Translations under genes and position numbers: made by a program
Part shown: positions 48,689 through 57,637 of the stretch, piece after piece
How positions within the stretch are numbered: position 1 is the first letter of the stretch
Layout of the letters: each line of letters starts with the position of its first letter
The notes under the pieces: generated by a model
The model's input: only the letters and a program-made list of their open reading frames with translations
Told to the model about the DNA's origin: nothing
The model's database searches: none
Source: an uncultured Gemmatimonadaceae bacterium
GTDB lineage: Bacteria; Gemmatimonadota; Gemmatimonadetes; Gemmatimonadales; Gemmatimonadaceae
Direction: 5' to 3'
Assembly (NCBI GenBank): GCA_963790305.1
Contig: CAWBOC010000009.1
Span: forward strand, 832,001 to 896,000
Length of the DNA: 64,000 nt

Positions 48689-49954
48689 GTGCGGAAGACG
48701 ATTCGCGTGCTCGGCGCAGCATGTGTCGCTGTACTCGTGGCGGCACCCGTCGCCACACCACAGGCGCGGCGCGCCGGCTCGAGTGCCGAGCGCCAGGCGA
48801 TCTACTACCCGGGCCCCGGCGAGGAATGGGAGCGTCGCGCGCCGGCGCAGGCGGGATTCGACGCGCGTCAGCTCGACGAAGCAATCGCATTTGCCAAGGC
48901 GAGCGAAGCGAAGCAGCCGCGCGATCTCGAGGCCGCGCACTACCAGAGCTTTGGCCGGGAGCCGTTCGGCGAGGGAATCGGCCCGTTCAAGACACGCGGC
49001 GACGCGAGCGGGGTCATCCTGCGGCACGGCTACATCGTGGCCGAGTGGGGCGATCCACACCGGGTCGACATGACCTTCAGCGTCACGAAGAGCTTTCTTT
49101 CGACCACCGTTGGCCTCGCGCTCGATCGAGGCCTCATTCGAAGCGTTCAGGACCGCGTGGCCGACTACATGGCGCCGGTCGCACTCGTTAGGGGTGGCGA
49201 CGAAGCGAGTCGCGTCTCGCCGACGAACGGCGAATCCGCTGTCCTGCCTTTCGAAACGCCCCACAATCGCAAGATCACCTGGGATCACCTGCTCAGGCAG
49301 ACGAGCGATTGGGAAGGCACGCTGTGGGGGAAGCCGGAGTGGGCGGACCGGCCAACCGGCGAGCCATCGGAGTGGCGTACGCGAGCACGGCTCGAGCCGG
49401 GGAGCGCGTACGAGTACAACGACGTGCGCGTCAACGTTCTCGCGCTCGCCGCGCTCAACGTCTGGCGTCGGCCGCTCCCGCAAGTGTTGAAGGAGCTGGT
49501 GATGGATCCGATTGGAGCGTCGCAGACCTGGCGATGGTATGGCTACGAGAATTCGTGGATTCTCATCGACGGCGTCGCAATGCAGTCGGTCAGCGGGGGC
49601 GGGCACTGGGGCGGCGGAATGTTCATCAGCGCGCGGGATCAGGCGCGCTTCGGCTATCTCACGCTCCGGCGGGGCAAGTGGAAAGACAAGCAGCTTCTGT
49701 CGGACACATGGGTGCGCATGGCGCTGACCCCGACGCCCGTCCAACCGACCTACGGGTTCATGAACTGGTTCGTGAACACCGATCGCAAGCTCCTACCGAG
49801 CGCGCCCGCGTCGGCCTTCGCGCACCTGGGCGCCGGTACCAACATGGTCTACGTCGACCCGGAGCATGATCTGGTGATCGTCGCGCGGTGGATCGAGCGC
49901 AACGCGATCGATGAGCTCGTCAGGCGCGTCCTTGGCGCCGTCAAGAGTCGCTGA
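48689..49954 (+). CDS. serine hydrolase (beta-lactamase-like)
   Basis: FSVTKS (SxxK), YEYND, HLGAG. Confidence 0.88.
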   Translation: MRKTIRVLGAACVAVLVAAPVATPQARRAGSSAERQAIYYPGPGEEWERRAPAQAGFDARQLDEAIAFAKASEAKQPRDLEAAHYQSFGREPFGEGIGPFKTRGDASGVILRHGYIVAEWGDPHRVDMTFSVTKSFLSTTVGLALDRGLIRSVQDRVADYMAPVALVRGGDEASRVSPTNGESAVLPFETPHNRKITWDHLLRQTSDWEGTLWGKPEWADRPTGEPSEWRTRARLEPGSAYEYNDVRVNVLALAALNVWRRPLPQVLKELVMDPIGASQTWRWYGYENSWILIDGVAMQSVSGGGHWGGGMFISARDQARFGYLTLRRGKWKDKQLLSDTWVRMALTPTPVQPTYGFMNWFVNTDRKLLPSAPASAFAHLGAGTNMVYVDPEHDLVIVARWIERNAIDELVRRVLGAVKSR

Positions 49955-50843
49955 GGCTCGGTAGCCGCTTCTCGAACCAGTAATCGCCGTAGGGCTCGGC
50001 GTTGAAGGGCGGGACCTCGACGTACCCCGAACCACGGTACAGTTGGATGGCTTCCACGAGCCTCCGATTGGTCTCGAGCTGCACCTTCGTTAGGCCGAGC
50101 CGTCGGGCCTCGTCCTCGAGTGCGGCGAGCATTCGTCGGCCAAGTCCGAGACCGCGCGCAGAGCTGGCGACCCACATTCGCTTGATCCAGCCGGTTCCCG
50201 GCGAGGAAGTCTTCAGTGAACCGCAGGCAACCGCCTCTCCGTCGACGCTGGCCATGAGAAACGCCCCCCGGGGCGGACGCAGCTCGGCGTCGTCAGCGGG
50301 CAACGCCTTGGCGAGATCGTACCCCTCCTCGAAACGATCGGAGAGCTCGGCGAAATACTGTTTGACGCACCAGCGCGCCGACTCGTTGGCCGGATCCACT
50401 CTCTCGACCACGATGCCCGCCGCCTTGAGCAGGCAATGCACCTCGGCCATCGCGGCGACGAGGCGTTCTCGCTGGGAATCGGTGAGGGGAGCGAGGATGG
50501 CTTCTGCCGCGTCGTCCGACCGCCGATTCATCACCGCGAGCTCCGCCCGTCCGGCGCGCGTGAGCTCGGCGCGGCGAACGCGCTCGTCATCGGCCGCTGC
50601 TCGCAGCTTGACGAGACCCTGCGACTCGAGCGACTGGACGACGCGGCTCAAATACCCCGAGTCGAGGCCAAGTCGCGCGCGCAGTGCGCGAAGGTCCGCG
50701 CCGCCGGTGCTCCCGATCTCGTAGAGAACGCGGGACTCGCCGAGCGGGCGATCGCTCCCGAGGAAGTGATCATCGAGCGCGCCCGCCCGTTGAGTTACGA
50801 GGCGGTTGAAGCGGCGGACCTGTTGGACATGCTCGGTGTCCAT
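49941..50843 (-). CDS. MarR HTH - GNAT acetyltransferase fusion
   Basis: VRRFNR, LGLDSGYLSR, IKRMWV...RGLGLG. Confidence 0.9.
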   Translation of the reverse strand: MDTEHVQQVRRFNRLVTQRAGALDDHFLGSDRPLGESRVLYEIGSTGGADLRALRARLGLDSGYLSRVVQSLESQGLVKLRAAADDERVRRAELTRAGRAELAVMNRRSDDAAEAILAPLTDSQRERLVAAMAEVHCLLKAAGIVVERVDPANESARWCVKQYFAELSDRFEEGYDLAKALPADDAELRPPRGAFLMASVDGEAVACGSLKTSSPGTGWIKRMWVASSARGLGLGRRMLAALEDEARRLGLTKVQLETNRRLVEAIQLYRGSGYVEVPPFNAEPYGDYWFEKRLPSLSDS

Positions 50844-50845
50844 TA

Positions 50846-50861
50846 TCTGACTTTAGTCAGA
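50846..50861. promoter_or_regulatory. palindromic operator of the MarR-GNAT gene
   Basis: TCTGACT-TT-AGTCAGA just upstream of the ATG, overlapping a TTGACG-N18-TAAAGT promoter candidate on the minus strand. Confidence 0.65.
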
Positions 50862-50926
50862 GAACACCTCCGGCGTCAAGTCCGTGCGCAACGAGCTTGG
50901 TGAGTCTAATCGGCGCTCACGGACCC

Positions 50927-51316
50927 TCACGATGCGACGCTGACGGCGCTCACGTGGCCGGCCACGATTCGCCACCCCTCTGGCCGAGCGGACCAGATGC
51001 GCGTGTAGCGAAAGGGCCCGGTGAACGGCGCGCCTTTGAAGGTCCCGCTCATGTCCATCCGGACGATGACAATGGCGATGTCACCGAACCGCTGAATGCG
51101 CTCGTCGCTCGCCTCCAGCCGAGTGATTCGCACCGTTCCGTTCCGGTGAGCGTCGAGATCATCGGCCTTCGAGTACAAGGCGCCGTCCGGACCGGTGAAC
51201 ACGAGCTCATCGTCCAGGAGTCGCTCGAGCTCGGCAACGTCACTCGCGAGCTGGGCTCGCCGGAGCGCCGCCTCGCACGTGAGCAATGAATCGTCGGAGG
51301 TTTCAACGCGGCGCAT
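50927..51316 (-). CDS. NTF2-like DUF4440 protein
   Basis: LLDDELVFTGPDG, FRYTRIW....GWRIVAGH. Confidence 0.8.
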   Translation of the reverse strand: MRRVETSDDSLLTCEAALRRAQLASDVAELERLLDDELVFTGPDGALYSKADDLDAHRNGTVRITRLEASDERIQRFGDIAIVIVRMDMSGTFKGAPFTGPFRYTRIWSARPEGWRIVAGHVSAVSVAS

Positions 51317-51334
51317 AACGAATCAATGGTTGAA

Positions 51335-52570
51335 TCAGGTGGCGGCGCGCTCAGGCGACGCGCGGTACTGGCCTGGCAGCGGCTCGACGACGAAGAGAAA
51401 CGCGACGAATGGCAGCGCCACGACGGCAATGGCCACGACGCCAAGTCCCGCCAGCCCGTGCGTGGCGAACCAGACGCCCCCGCTCGTCGCTATCGCCGCA
51501 GCAGTGAGCTGCGTGATCAGGTCGGCCCGCCCAAGAATGCGAGCGCGCCGGCTCGGCACGGTGATGTCAGTGAGCAGCACTGACGCGCCAATGTAGCCAA
51601 AGCTCCAGCCGAGTCCCACGATCAGGAGGCCGGCGGCGAAGCCGGCCATGGTGGGAACGACCGTGACCACGGCGCCGCCTACGCCAAGCAGGACCAGCCC
51701 CACGAGGATCGTCAGGCGGCGCCCCCAGCGATCGGTGACATGACCGACGACGCGCGAAAGACCGTACATGCCAATGAAATGCAGCATCATGATCGACCCG
51801 AGCACACCGGCACCGTGGCCCGCGTGAACGACCGCGACGCCGGCGACTCCCATTACCGACGCCATCGCTGCGTGACTGGCGGCCAGCGCGATGACACCGA
51901 TGATGAGAAGTCGCCGTGACCTGACGCCGCCACTGTCGGGCAGCGCGCCCGGCGCATGGGGGTGCGCCCGCTCGATCTCTTTCGCGATGTCCATGGGCTC
52001 GGCCGCGCGTCGGAGCGTCAGGGCGCCGGCGATCAGCAGCGGTGGCGCGATCCACCAGACGATCCCCAGTGCGTTGCGTCCAATCGCGTGACCCAACGGC
52101 TCGGTGAGCATGAGGAGCAGCGGTCCCACGATCGCTCCGGCGATCGCGCTCGTCTGCAACCACGCGATGCCCTTGCCTCGCTCGGCGGGCGGAAACATCT
52201 CGGCCGCGGCGATACGTGTGAGCCCGCCGATTCCCATCGCCGCCGCGAACACCAGAATGCCGGCAATGAACAGCGCCAGTACGCCGAACGCGACGCCGAC
52301 GCCGGCGATCGTGTATCCCGCGGCGCCCAGCACATATCCCGCCATGAGCACCGGACGTCGCCCCCAGCGATCCATCGCGCGTCCGCCGACGGCGGCCCCC
52401 GCGGCGGCGCCGAGGTTGAGCAAAGCGACATAGAGACCCGCGAAGCGTGCCTCACCGCTCAACGCGACCAGCGCGGCCGAGCCTGGGCCAGCGGTCATCG
52501 ATGCCGCCGCGAACCCCATGGCAAAGGCTGCCGCGAGGACCACGAGGGTGCGACGGACGATCTCGTTCAT
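51335..52570 (-). CDS. MFS transporter
   Basis: about 12 TM segments; MDRWGRR and TDRWGRR motif-A copies. Confidence 0.88.
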   Translation of the reverse strand: MNEIVRRTLVVLAAAFAMGFAAASMTAGPGSAALVALSGEARFAGLYVALLNLGAAAGAAVGGRAMDRWGRRPVLMAGYVLGAAGYTIAGVGVAFGVLALFIAGILVFAAAMGIGGLTRIAAAEMFPPAERGKGIAWLQTSAIAGAIVGPLLLMLTEPLGHAIGRNALGIVWWIAPPLLIAGALTLRRAAEPMDIAKEIERAHPHAPGALPDSGGVRSRRLLIIGVIALAASHAAMASVMGVAGVAVVHAGHGAGVLGSIMMLHFIGMYGLSRVVGHVTDRWGRRLTILVGLVLLGVGGAVVTVVPTMAGFAAGLLIVGLGWSFGYIGASVLLTDITVPSRRARILGRADLITQLTAAAIATSGGVWFATHGLAGLGVVAIAVVALPFVAFLFVVEPLPGQYRASPERAAT

Positions 52571-52583
52571 GAATGGCGACGCG

Positions 52584-53327
52584 TCAGGCCGTGGTCATGA
52601 CGACCGGCGCGTGATCGCTCGTGCCCACGTCAGCCTGCACGACGCAGCCCGTCGCCTGCGTCGCCACCGCCGGCGATGCCAGCACGTAATCGAGTCGCCA
52701 TCCAATGTTTCGCGCTCGCATGCTTCGCCACGGGGCCCACCAGGTGAAGAGACCGGGATTATCGGGATCGAACCGGCGGCCGACATCTTCGAGACCTGCG
52801 CTGAGCATGCTCTCGAACAACGCTCGCTCCTCCGGTCGCTGACCCACGATGCCAGGCTTCCGCTCCTTGGGATGCACGTCCATCTCGGTGCGCGCAATGT
52901 TGATGTCCCCGCACAGGACCAGCGATCGCCCCTCGGAGTGCAGCCGCCGCACCCAGTCGATCATCAGCGTCATGAAGTTCAACTTGGCCGGGTAGTCTTT
53001 GCCGCCGTTCGGCACGTACACCGATGCGATGACCAGATCGTCACGCTCCACCTGCACGATGCGCGACTCATAGTCGAACGCAGGATGGCTGTACACCGGT
53101 TCCGCACCGAAGCGATCCTTGCGGAGCATGAGCGAAACGCCGGAGTACGCCTTGAGGCAATGCCAGTACGCATGGTAGTCGGCCGACTTGCACTGCTCCG
53201 GAATCTGGCTCTCCTCGGCCTTGAGCTCCTGCAAGCACACCACATCCGGTCGCTCGCGCTCCAGCCATTCCTGAATCTGCGTAGCGCGCGCGCGAATGCC
53301 GTTGACGTTCCAGGTCGCGACTTTCAT
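52584..53327 (-). CDS. xth: exodeoxyribonuclease III
   Basis: MKVATWNVNGIRAR, CLQE.K, YVPNG, GDIN, WRLDY, SDHAP. Confidence 0.93.
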   Translation of the reverse strand: MKVATWNVNGIRARATQIQEWLERERPDVVCLQELKAEESQIPEQCKSADYHAYWHCLKAYSGVSLMLRKDRFGAEPVYSHPAFDYESRIVQVERDDLVIASVYVPNGGKDYPAKLNFMTLMIDWVRRLHSEGRSLVLCGDINIARTEMDVHPKERKPGIVGQRPEERALFESMLSAGLEDVGRRFDPDNPGLFTWWAPWRSMRARNIGWRLDYVLASPAVATQATGCVVQADVGTSDHAPVVMTTA

Positions 53328-53493
53328 ACGGATGCCGGCCGCTTTCCTCTGTAGACGTCGGTGCTCAAATACTTCTTGAGACTACGGTGGGATTCTCCCA
53401 CTCCAGCTTCACGAAGATGCGAGCGCACTCGGCTGGTACAACCCTGCGGAGCCGTACGATTGAAGTGCTTCCAATAGCGCGAAGAACGTTCAT
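53324..53493 (-). pseudogene. cysteine synthase relic: N- and C-termini fused, core deleted
   Basis: MNVLRAIGSTSIVRLRRVVPAECARIFVKLEWENPT, then in another frame SLKKYLSTDVYRGKRPASV* overlapping the xth ATG. Confidence 0.8.
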
Positions 53494-53518
53494 GCCGTTG
53501 CCGAGATTCTGGGAGGCC

Positions 53519-53630
53519 TTTTAACGCAGAGGACGCGGAGGGCGCGGAGGAACTTCAACTGTAAGAGCTTCTTTCAAAGGCCTTCATAGTCGAGGTTCCT
53601 CCGCGTCTTCTGCGCCCTCTGCGTTGAAAA
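53519..53630. repeat. family A hairpin (A3)
   Basis: 38-nt arms with 6 mismatches, all transitions; central GCTTCTTTCAAAGGC. Confidence 0.92.
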
Positions 53631-53679
53631 AACGTCCGGGCTCGTTGCACGCATCCGCGGACCCGAAAGGCCCGCTCGC

Positions 53680-53709
53680 AAAAGAGGCGGACCCGAGAGT
53701 CCGCCTCTT
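53680..53709 (-). terminator. intrinsic terminator after the SRPBCC gene
   Basis: AAGAGGCGGAC-CCGAGA-GTCCGCCTCTT with a short U-tract on the minus strand. Confidence 0.7.
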
Positions 53710-53740
53710 CAAATCTATCGCCGCCGGCAACGGCCTTGCG

Positions 53741-54229
53741 TTAGTCGATAGTCGCGAGCAGCCTGTCGAGCGCCTCGTAGCTCTGGTTGAGCCCCTCCTC
53801 CATCCCCGACTCCAGCATCCCGTCGCGCTCGTCGGTCGTGTGGAACAGCGAGAGGGTCACGACCTTCGTCCGGCCGTCCCCGAGGTCGCTGAGCTCCAGC
53901 GTTTCGATGATCACGTAGGCCGGCATGCCATCCCACTCGAAGGTCTGGACGATGCGGTCCTGCGGCGTTACCTCGCGGAACCGTCCCTCGAAGCCGTGCT
54001 TGCCCTCGGGACCGTGCTCGACGAAGCGCCAGTGTCCGCCCCGTTCCAGCTCGAACTTCTCGATGACGAGCTTGTTCCCGCGGCCCCACCACTGCGCGAG
54101 GAGCTTCGGATCGGTGAAGGCGCGCCACACGCGGTCGCGTGGTGCATCGAAGGTGCGCTCGATGCGGATCTCGCGCTCGCTGGGCTTGGAGACGGTCGCC
54201 TTGTTTGCGGATTTCGTTGCTGTGGTCAT
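53741..54229 (-). CDS. SRPBCC/AHSA1 (START-like) protein
   Basis: IERTFDAPRDRVWRAFTDP..L.QWWG, GMEEG....YEALDRLL. Confidence 0.9.
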   Translation of the reverse strand: MTTATKSANKATVSKPSEREIRIERTFDAPRDRVWRAFTDPKLLAQWWGRGNKLVIEKFELERGGHWRFVEHGPEGKHGFEGRFREVTPQDRIVQTFEWDGMPAYVIIETLELSDLGDGRTKVVTLSLFHTTDERDGMLESGMEEGLNQSYEALDRLLATID

Positions 54230-54564
54230 GATGCTCCTCCTTTGGTGCGCTCGAGAAATCTCCCGAGACGGTCGAGACGGGCGTCTACCATCTCCTGGTA
54301 CATCCGCATCCAGGCCGCTTCGGCGTCGAGCCGTTGCGGACCCAGGCGGCACGTGCGAACCCGGCCGACCTTTTCCGTGGCCACCAGCCCCGCCTCCTCG
54401 AGCACGGCGATGTGCTTCTTCAGGCCCGTGAGGGTCATGTCGAACTGCGCCGCGAGATCGCTGATCGACGCGTCGCCGCGCCCGAGTCGGTGGAGGATGC
54501 CACGGCGGGTCGGATCCGAGATCGCCGCGAACGCCCTGTCCATGTGGGGTGAATACTGAACCAT
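54226..54564 (-). CDS. ArsR family regulator
   Basis: FAAISDPTRR.IL..L, KHIAVLEEAGLV..EKVGR.R. Confidence 0.9.
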   Translation of the reverse strand: MVQYSPHMDRAFAAISDPTRRGILHRLGRGDASISDLAAQFDMTLTGLKKHIAVLEEAGLVATEKVGRVRTCRLGPQRLDAEAAWMRMYQEMVDARLDRLGRFLERTKGGAS

Positions 54565-54576
54565 ATGGTTCAGTAT
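54553..54576. promoter_or_regulatory. ArsR operator overlapping its own start codon
   Basis: perfect 24-bp palindrome ATACTGAACCATATGGTTCAGTAT. Confidence 0.8.
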
Positions 54577-54610
54577 AGCACGCCCGTCCACGGCGCGCAA
54601 GCCCCGGACC

Positions 54611-54688
54611 CAGGTCGTCGAGGATGTCGAGGTGAACCGGGTGAGTCGCCTCGCCCACCTCGACATCCTGGGCGACCTCGACTACCTC
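54611..54688. repeat. family B hairpin (B3)
   Basis: CAGGTCGTC GAGGATGTC GAGGTGAAC ... CACCTCGACATCCTGGGCGACCTCGACTACCTC. Confidence 0.85.
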
Positions 54689-54694
54689 TGCACG

Positions 54695-55618
54695 ATGGTC
54701 CTCATCGCGCGAGTGATCGGTCTCACGATCCTCCTCTTCATCTGCTTCGCGGTGGCGGGAACACTCGTGAGGCTTCCCGAGGCCTCACCGCCCAGTGAGA
54801 CGGCAGGCTCGCCAGTCATCACGCTGCTCGCCGTTTGTTTTCTGAATGCCGCGGTCCTCACCCACATCATCCTTCGCTCCCGGTGGGCAGGCTGGCGGCT
54901 CGCCGCCACCGTCTTCCTCGTGTTCTATGGCGTGACGACGTTCATGGGTCAAATCGAGTCGGCAATATTCATCACGCGACTCCCGCCCGGGGCGTTGCCC
55001 AGGCTGTTTCTGATGGGCGCCCTCGTCGCCGCACCGTTCTCGGCGCTGGCGGTTCTCATTCTCGGCAAGCGAAAACCGTCGACGTCGGACGTTGGGCCCA
55101 ACACACGTCTCCAGATGCCGGCGAGCGAATGGGCGTGGAAGCTCGGCGTCATCGCGGTCCTCTACGTCATTCTCTACTTCACCTTCGGCTATTTCGTGGC
55201 CTGGCGACATCCGGAAGTGCGCGCGTACTACGAAGGCGTCGACACCGGCAGCTTCGCCGCGCACATGGCGATGGTCATCCGAGACACGCCATTGCTCATC
55301 CCTATTCAGATCGTGCGAGCGTTGCTGTGGACTGCGCTCGCGCTGCCCGTCATTCGGATGATGAAAGGGAAGAGGCTCGAAACGGCACTGGCGATTGGGT
55401 TGCTCTTCTCCGTCGTCATGAACGCGCAGCTATTGCTCCCCAACCCCTACATGCCGGAAGCCGTGCGCATGGCGCACCTGGCTGAAACGGCGTCATCCAA
55501 CTTCCTGTTCGGGGCCTTCATCGGTTGGCTGCTGAGCAAGCGACACACTGCTGACGGAGGCGCTCTGCGACCTCAGCCGGTCCATCGCCGCGACATAGAT
55601 CGCGCCGCCGTACAGTGA
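54695..55618 (+). CDS. multi-pass membrane protein
   Basis: about 8 hydrophobic segments; LLLPNPYMP..VRMAHL.ET.SSNFLFG. Confidence 0.75.
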   Translation: MVLIARVIGLTILLFICFAVAGTLVRLPEASPPSETAGSPVITLLAVCFLNAAVLTHIILRSRWAGWRLAATVFLVFYGVTTFMGQIESAIFITRLPPGALPRLFLMGALVAAPFSALAVLILGKRKPSTSDVGPNTRLQMPASEWAWKLGVIAVLYVILYFTFGYFVAWRHPEVRAYYEGVDTGSFAAHMAMVIRDTPLLIPIQIVRALLWTALALPVIRMMKGKRLETALAIGLLFSVVMNAQLLLPNPYMPEAVRMAHLAETASSNFLFGAFIGWLLSKRHTADGGALRPQPVHRRDIDRAAVQ

Positions 55619-56110
55619 GGGCCGAGTCGCGGTGAACGTCGGAGCGGTCAGCCCGGCGTGTGCGGCAATCTGCGGCAAACGGTCGCTGTCGATTGGATAG
55701 GGCACCCATCGGCTCGCACGTCGGCGATCGTACTCGACGACGACGACGCGACCTCCCGGCCGCACGCGCTCGACGAGTCGAGCCAACACACCGGCGGGAT
55801 GCGAGACGAAGTGAAGCGCGTTCGCCACCACGATCCCCGCGAGGAGTTGCGCGCCGAGCCCAGGCAGGTCGAACGGAACCTTGAAATCGGCGACGACCGG
55901 AATCACGTTCGCCTTCGCGCGTGTCGCCCACTGCCCGAGCCCACGCAGCGCGTGCGCATCGTTGTCGACGGCGTAGACTCGACTGCCGGGCTCGAGCAGC
56001 TGCACGAGCGCTCGCGTGAACGTCCCCTCCCCCGCCCCGATGTCCGCCCAGCTGCCACCGCGATCTTCGACCGCCGAAGCAATCAAAGTCGCCGCCTCAC
56101 GAGTGTTCAC
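55493..56110 (-). CDS. class I SAM methyltransferase
   Basis: WADIGAGEGTFT, VYAVD, ANALHF, RPGG. Confidence 0.85.
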   Translation of the reverse strand: MNTREAATLIASAVEDRGGSWADIGAGEGTFTRALVQLLEPGSRVYAVDNDAHALRGLGQWATRAKANVIPVVADFKVPFDLPGLGAQLLAGIVVANALHFVSHPAGVLARLVERVRPGGRVVVVEYDRRRASRWVPYPIDSDRLPQIAAHAGLTAPTFTATRPSLYGGAIYVAAMDRLRSQSASVSSVSLAQQPTDEGPEQEVG

Positions 56111-57018
56111 TACCCGACCTCGATCCAGCCCTCACTGACGAGAACACTGCCACCGCCAATGTGCGCGGAGACGAGAGCGTCGTCGCGCTTCTCGACTCTC
56201 GCCTCGAGAACGCTCGGGCGCCCGATCTCGACGCCCTGCGAAATGCGATAGCGAAACGTTCCCGCGGGAGTGGGATCGTAGTGCGTCAGCATCGCGGCCA
56301 GCGCGCAGTTGGCGCTGCCGGTCGCGGGATCCTCCGGAATGCCGTCGAGTGGCGCGAACATTCGCACGTGAAGGTCAAAATCGCCGGTGTCCTTGGGCCC
56401 CGTGCGAACATACATGTGGATGTCGGGCATCACGCCCTCGGCAGCAAGCGTATCGAACGCCCCCGTGTTGATGCGCGCACGTTTGAGCGCAGCGCGATCC
56501 CTGAGCTGCACCATGATGAACGGCAACCCGACAGAGGCGACCTGCGGCGGGTGGGTGTCGGTGAGAAAGTCATCCGGGGAGAGCGATACCGCCGCCGCGA
56601 CCGACTGCAACTGCACCCTCTTTCCAATCGACAGCTTTTCCGGTGCGGTCAGCTCGCAGAAATAGCGTTCACCGCGGCGTTCAATCCACATGGGAACGAC
56701 GCCGGCCTTTTCCTCGAACGTGACGGTTATCGAGTCGCGGATGTCGCCAAAGCCACCCGTCGTCGCGAGCGTGAAGGCGGTTCCAACGTTCGGATGGCCA
56801 GCAAAGGGAACCTCATTCGCGGGCGTGAAGATCCGAACGCGTCGGGTGTGGCCCGCTATCGGCGGCAATACGAAGGTGCTCTCCGCGAAGTTGAACTCGC
56901 GCGTGATCTGCTGCATCTGCTCCGTCGTCAGTCCTTCGGCCGACGGAAGCACCGCGAGCTGATTCCCACCGAAGCGCTTATCGGTGAAGACGTCGCAGAT
57001 GTAGTACTGGTAGCGCAT
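56110..57018 (-). CDS. PhzF family protein
   Basis: DVFT..RFGGNQLAV, E.PFAGHP, EDPATGSA; start at MRYQYY. Confidence 0.92.
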   Translation of the reverse strand: MRYQYYICDVFTDKRFGGNQLAVLPSAEGLTTEQMQQITREFNFAESTFVLPPIAGHTRRVRIFTPANEVPFAGHPNVGTAFTLATTGGFGDIRDSITVTFEEKAGVVPMWIERRGERYFCELTAPEKLSIGKRVQLQSVAAAVSLSPDDFLTDTHPPQVASVGLPFIMVQLRDRAALKRARINTGAFDTLAAEGVMPDIHMYVRTGPKDTGDFDLHVRMFAPLDGIPEDPATGSANCALAAMLTHYDPTPAGTFRYRISQGVEIGRPSVLEARVEKRDDALVSAHIGGGSVLVSEGWIEVG

Positions 57019-57027
57019 GGTAGGGAT

Positions 57028-57118
57028 GAGGTAACCGAGGTCGTCCAGGTCGTCCAGGTGATCCAGGAAACGTCGTTGCCCTCGATCACCTCGACATCTT
57101 CGACGACATCGATCACCT
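57028..57118. repeat. family B hairpin (B4), same element as B1 in the opposite orientation
   Basis: spacer AACGTCGTTGCC is the reverse complement of B1 spacer GGCAACGACGTT. Confidence 0.9.
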
Positions 57119-57605
57119 ATGGGGTTCGTGCCGGCCGCTCGCTGAGCGAGCTTGGCGCCTCGGCATTCGCACCCGAGTCCACGCCGATGCCCAGTCGCGT
57201 CACGAGCTCGCCCCCGAGCCACCCCGTGACCGCTCCGATCGCGACGCCGACCGCCGAGAGCAGAAGTGCGAAGCCGTCGGGGGCCGCCGTGTTGTCCTTG
57301 CGAAGCATCAGGCTCGCCGCGAACAGCAGGATGACGATGACGTTCCCGACGCCGTGCAGGAGGCCGATCCGCTTGGCGCGGGTACCGTTGGGAATTCCGA
57401 TCCAGTCCCAGATGCCGAATGGCGCCGCGGCCAAGCCGCCAGCCACGCCAGCGACGATCATCCAGAACGCCACGACGGCCCAGAGTGAATTGTCCGTGAC
57501 GAGATAGATCACGTCGAACACGACCGACGTGATCAGCAGACCGAGCGGGAACACGATCAGCTGTTGATGGATCGGGTGGCCGAACAGCTTGGCGCGGCTT
57601 TCCAC
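57117..57605 (-). CDS. DUF2231 membrane protein
   Basis: GHPIH..L..FPLG, GIWDW, H.VGN, GWLGGELV..LGIGV. Confidence 0.85.
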   Translation of the reverse strand: MESRAKLFGHPIHQQLIVFPLGLLITSVVFDVIYLVTDNSLWAVVAFWMIVAGVAGGLAAAPFGIWDWIGIPNGTRAKRIGLLHGVGNVIVILLFAASLMLRKDNTAAPDGFALLLSAVGVAIGAVTGWLGGELVTRLGIGVDSGANAEAPSSLSERPARTP

Positions 57606-57637
57606 AGGTCCCTCCTCGCGTGGGTAATCCAGAAGTC

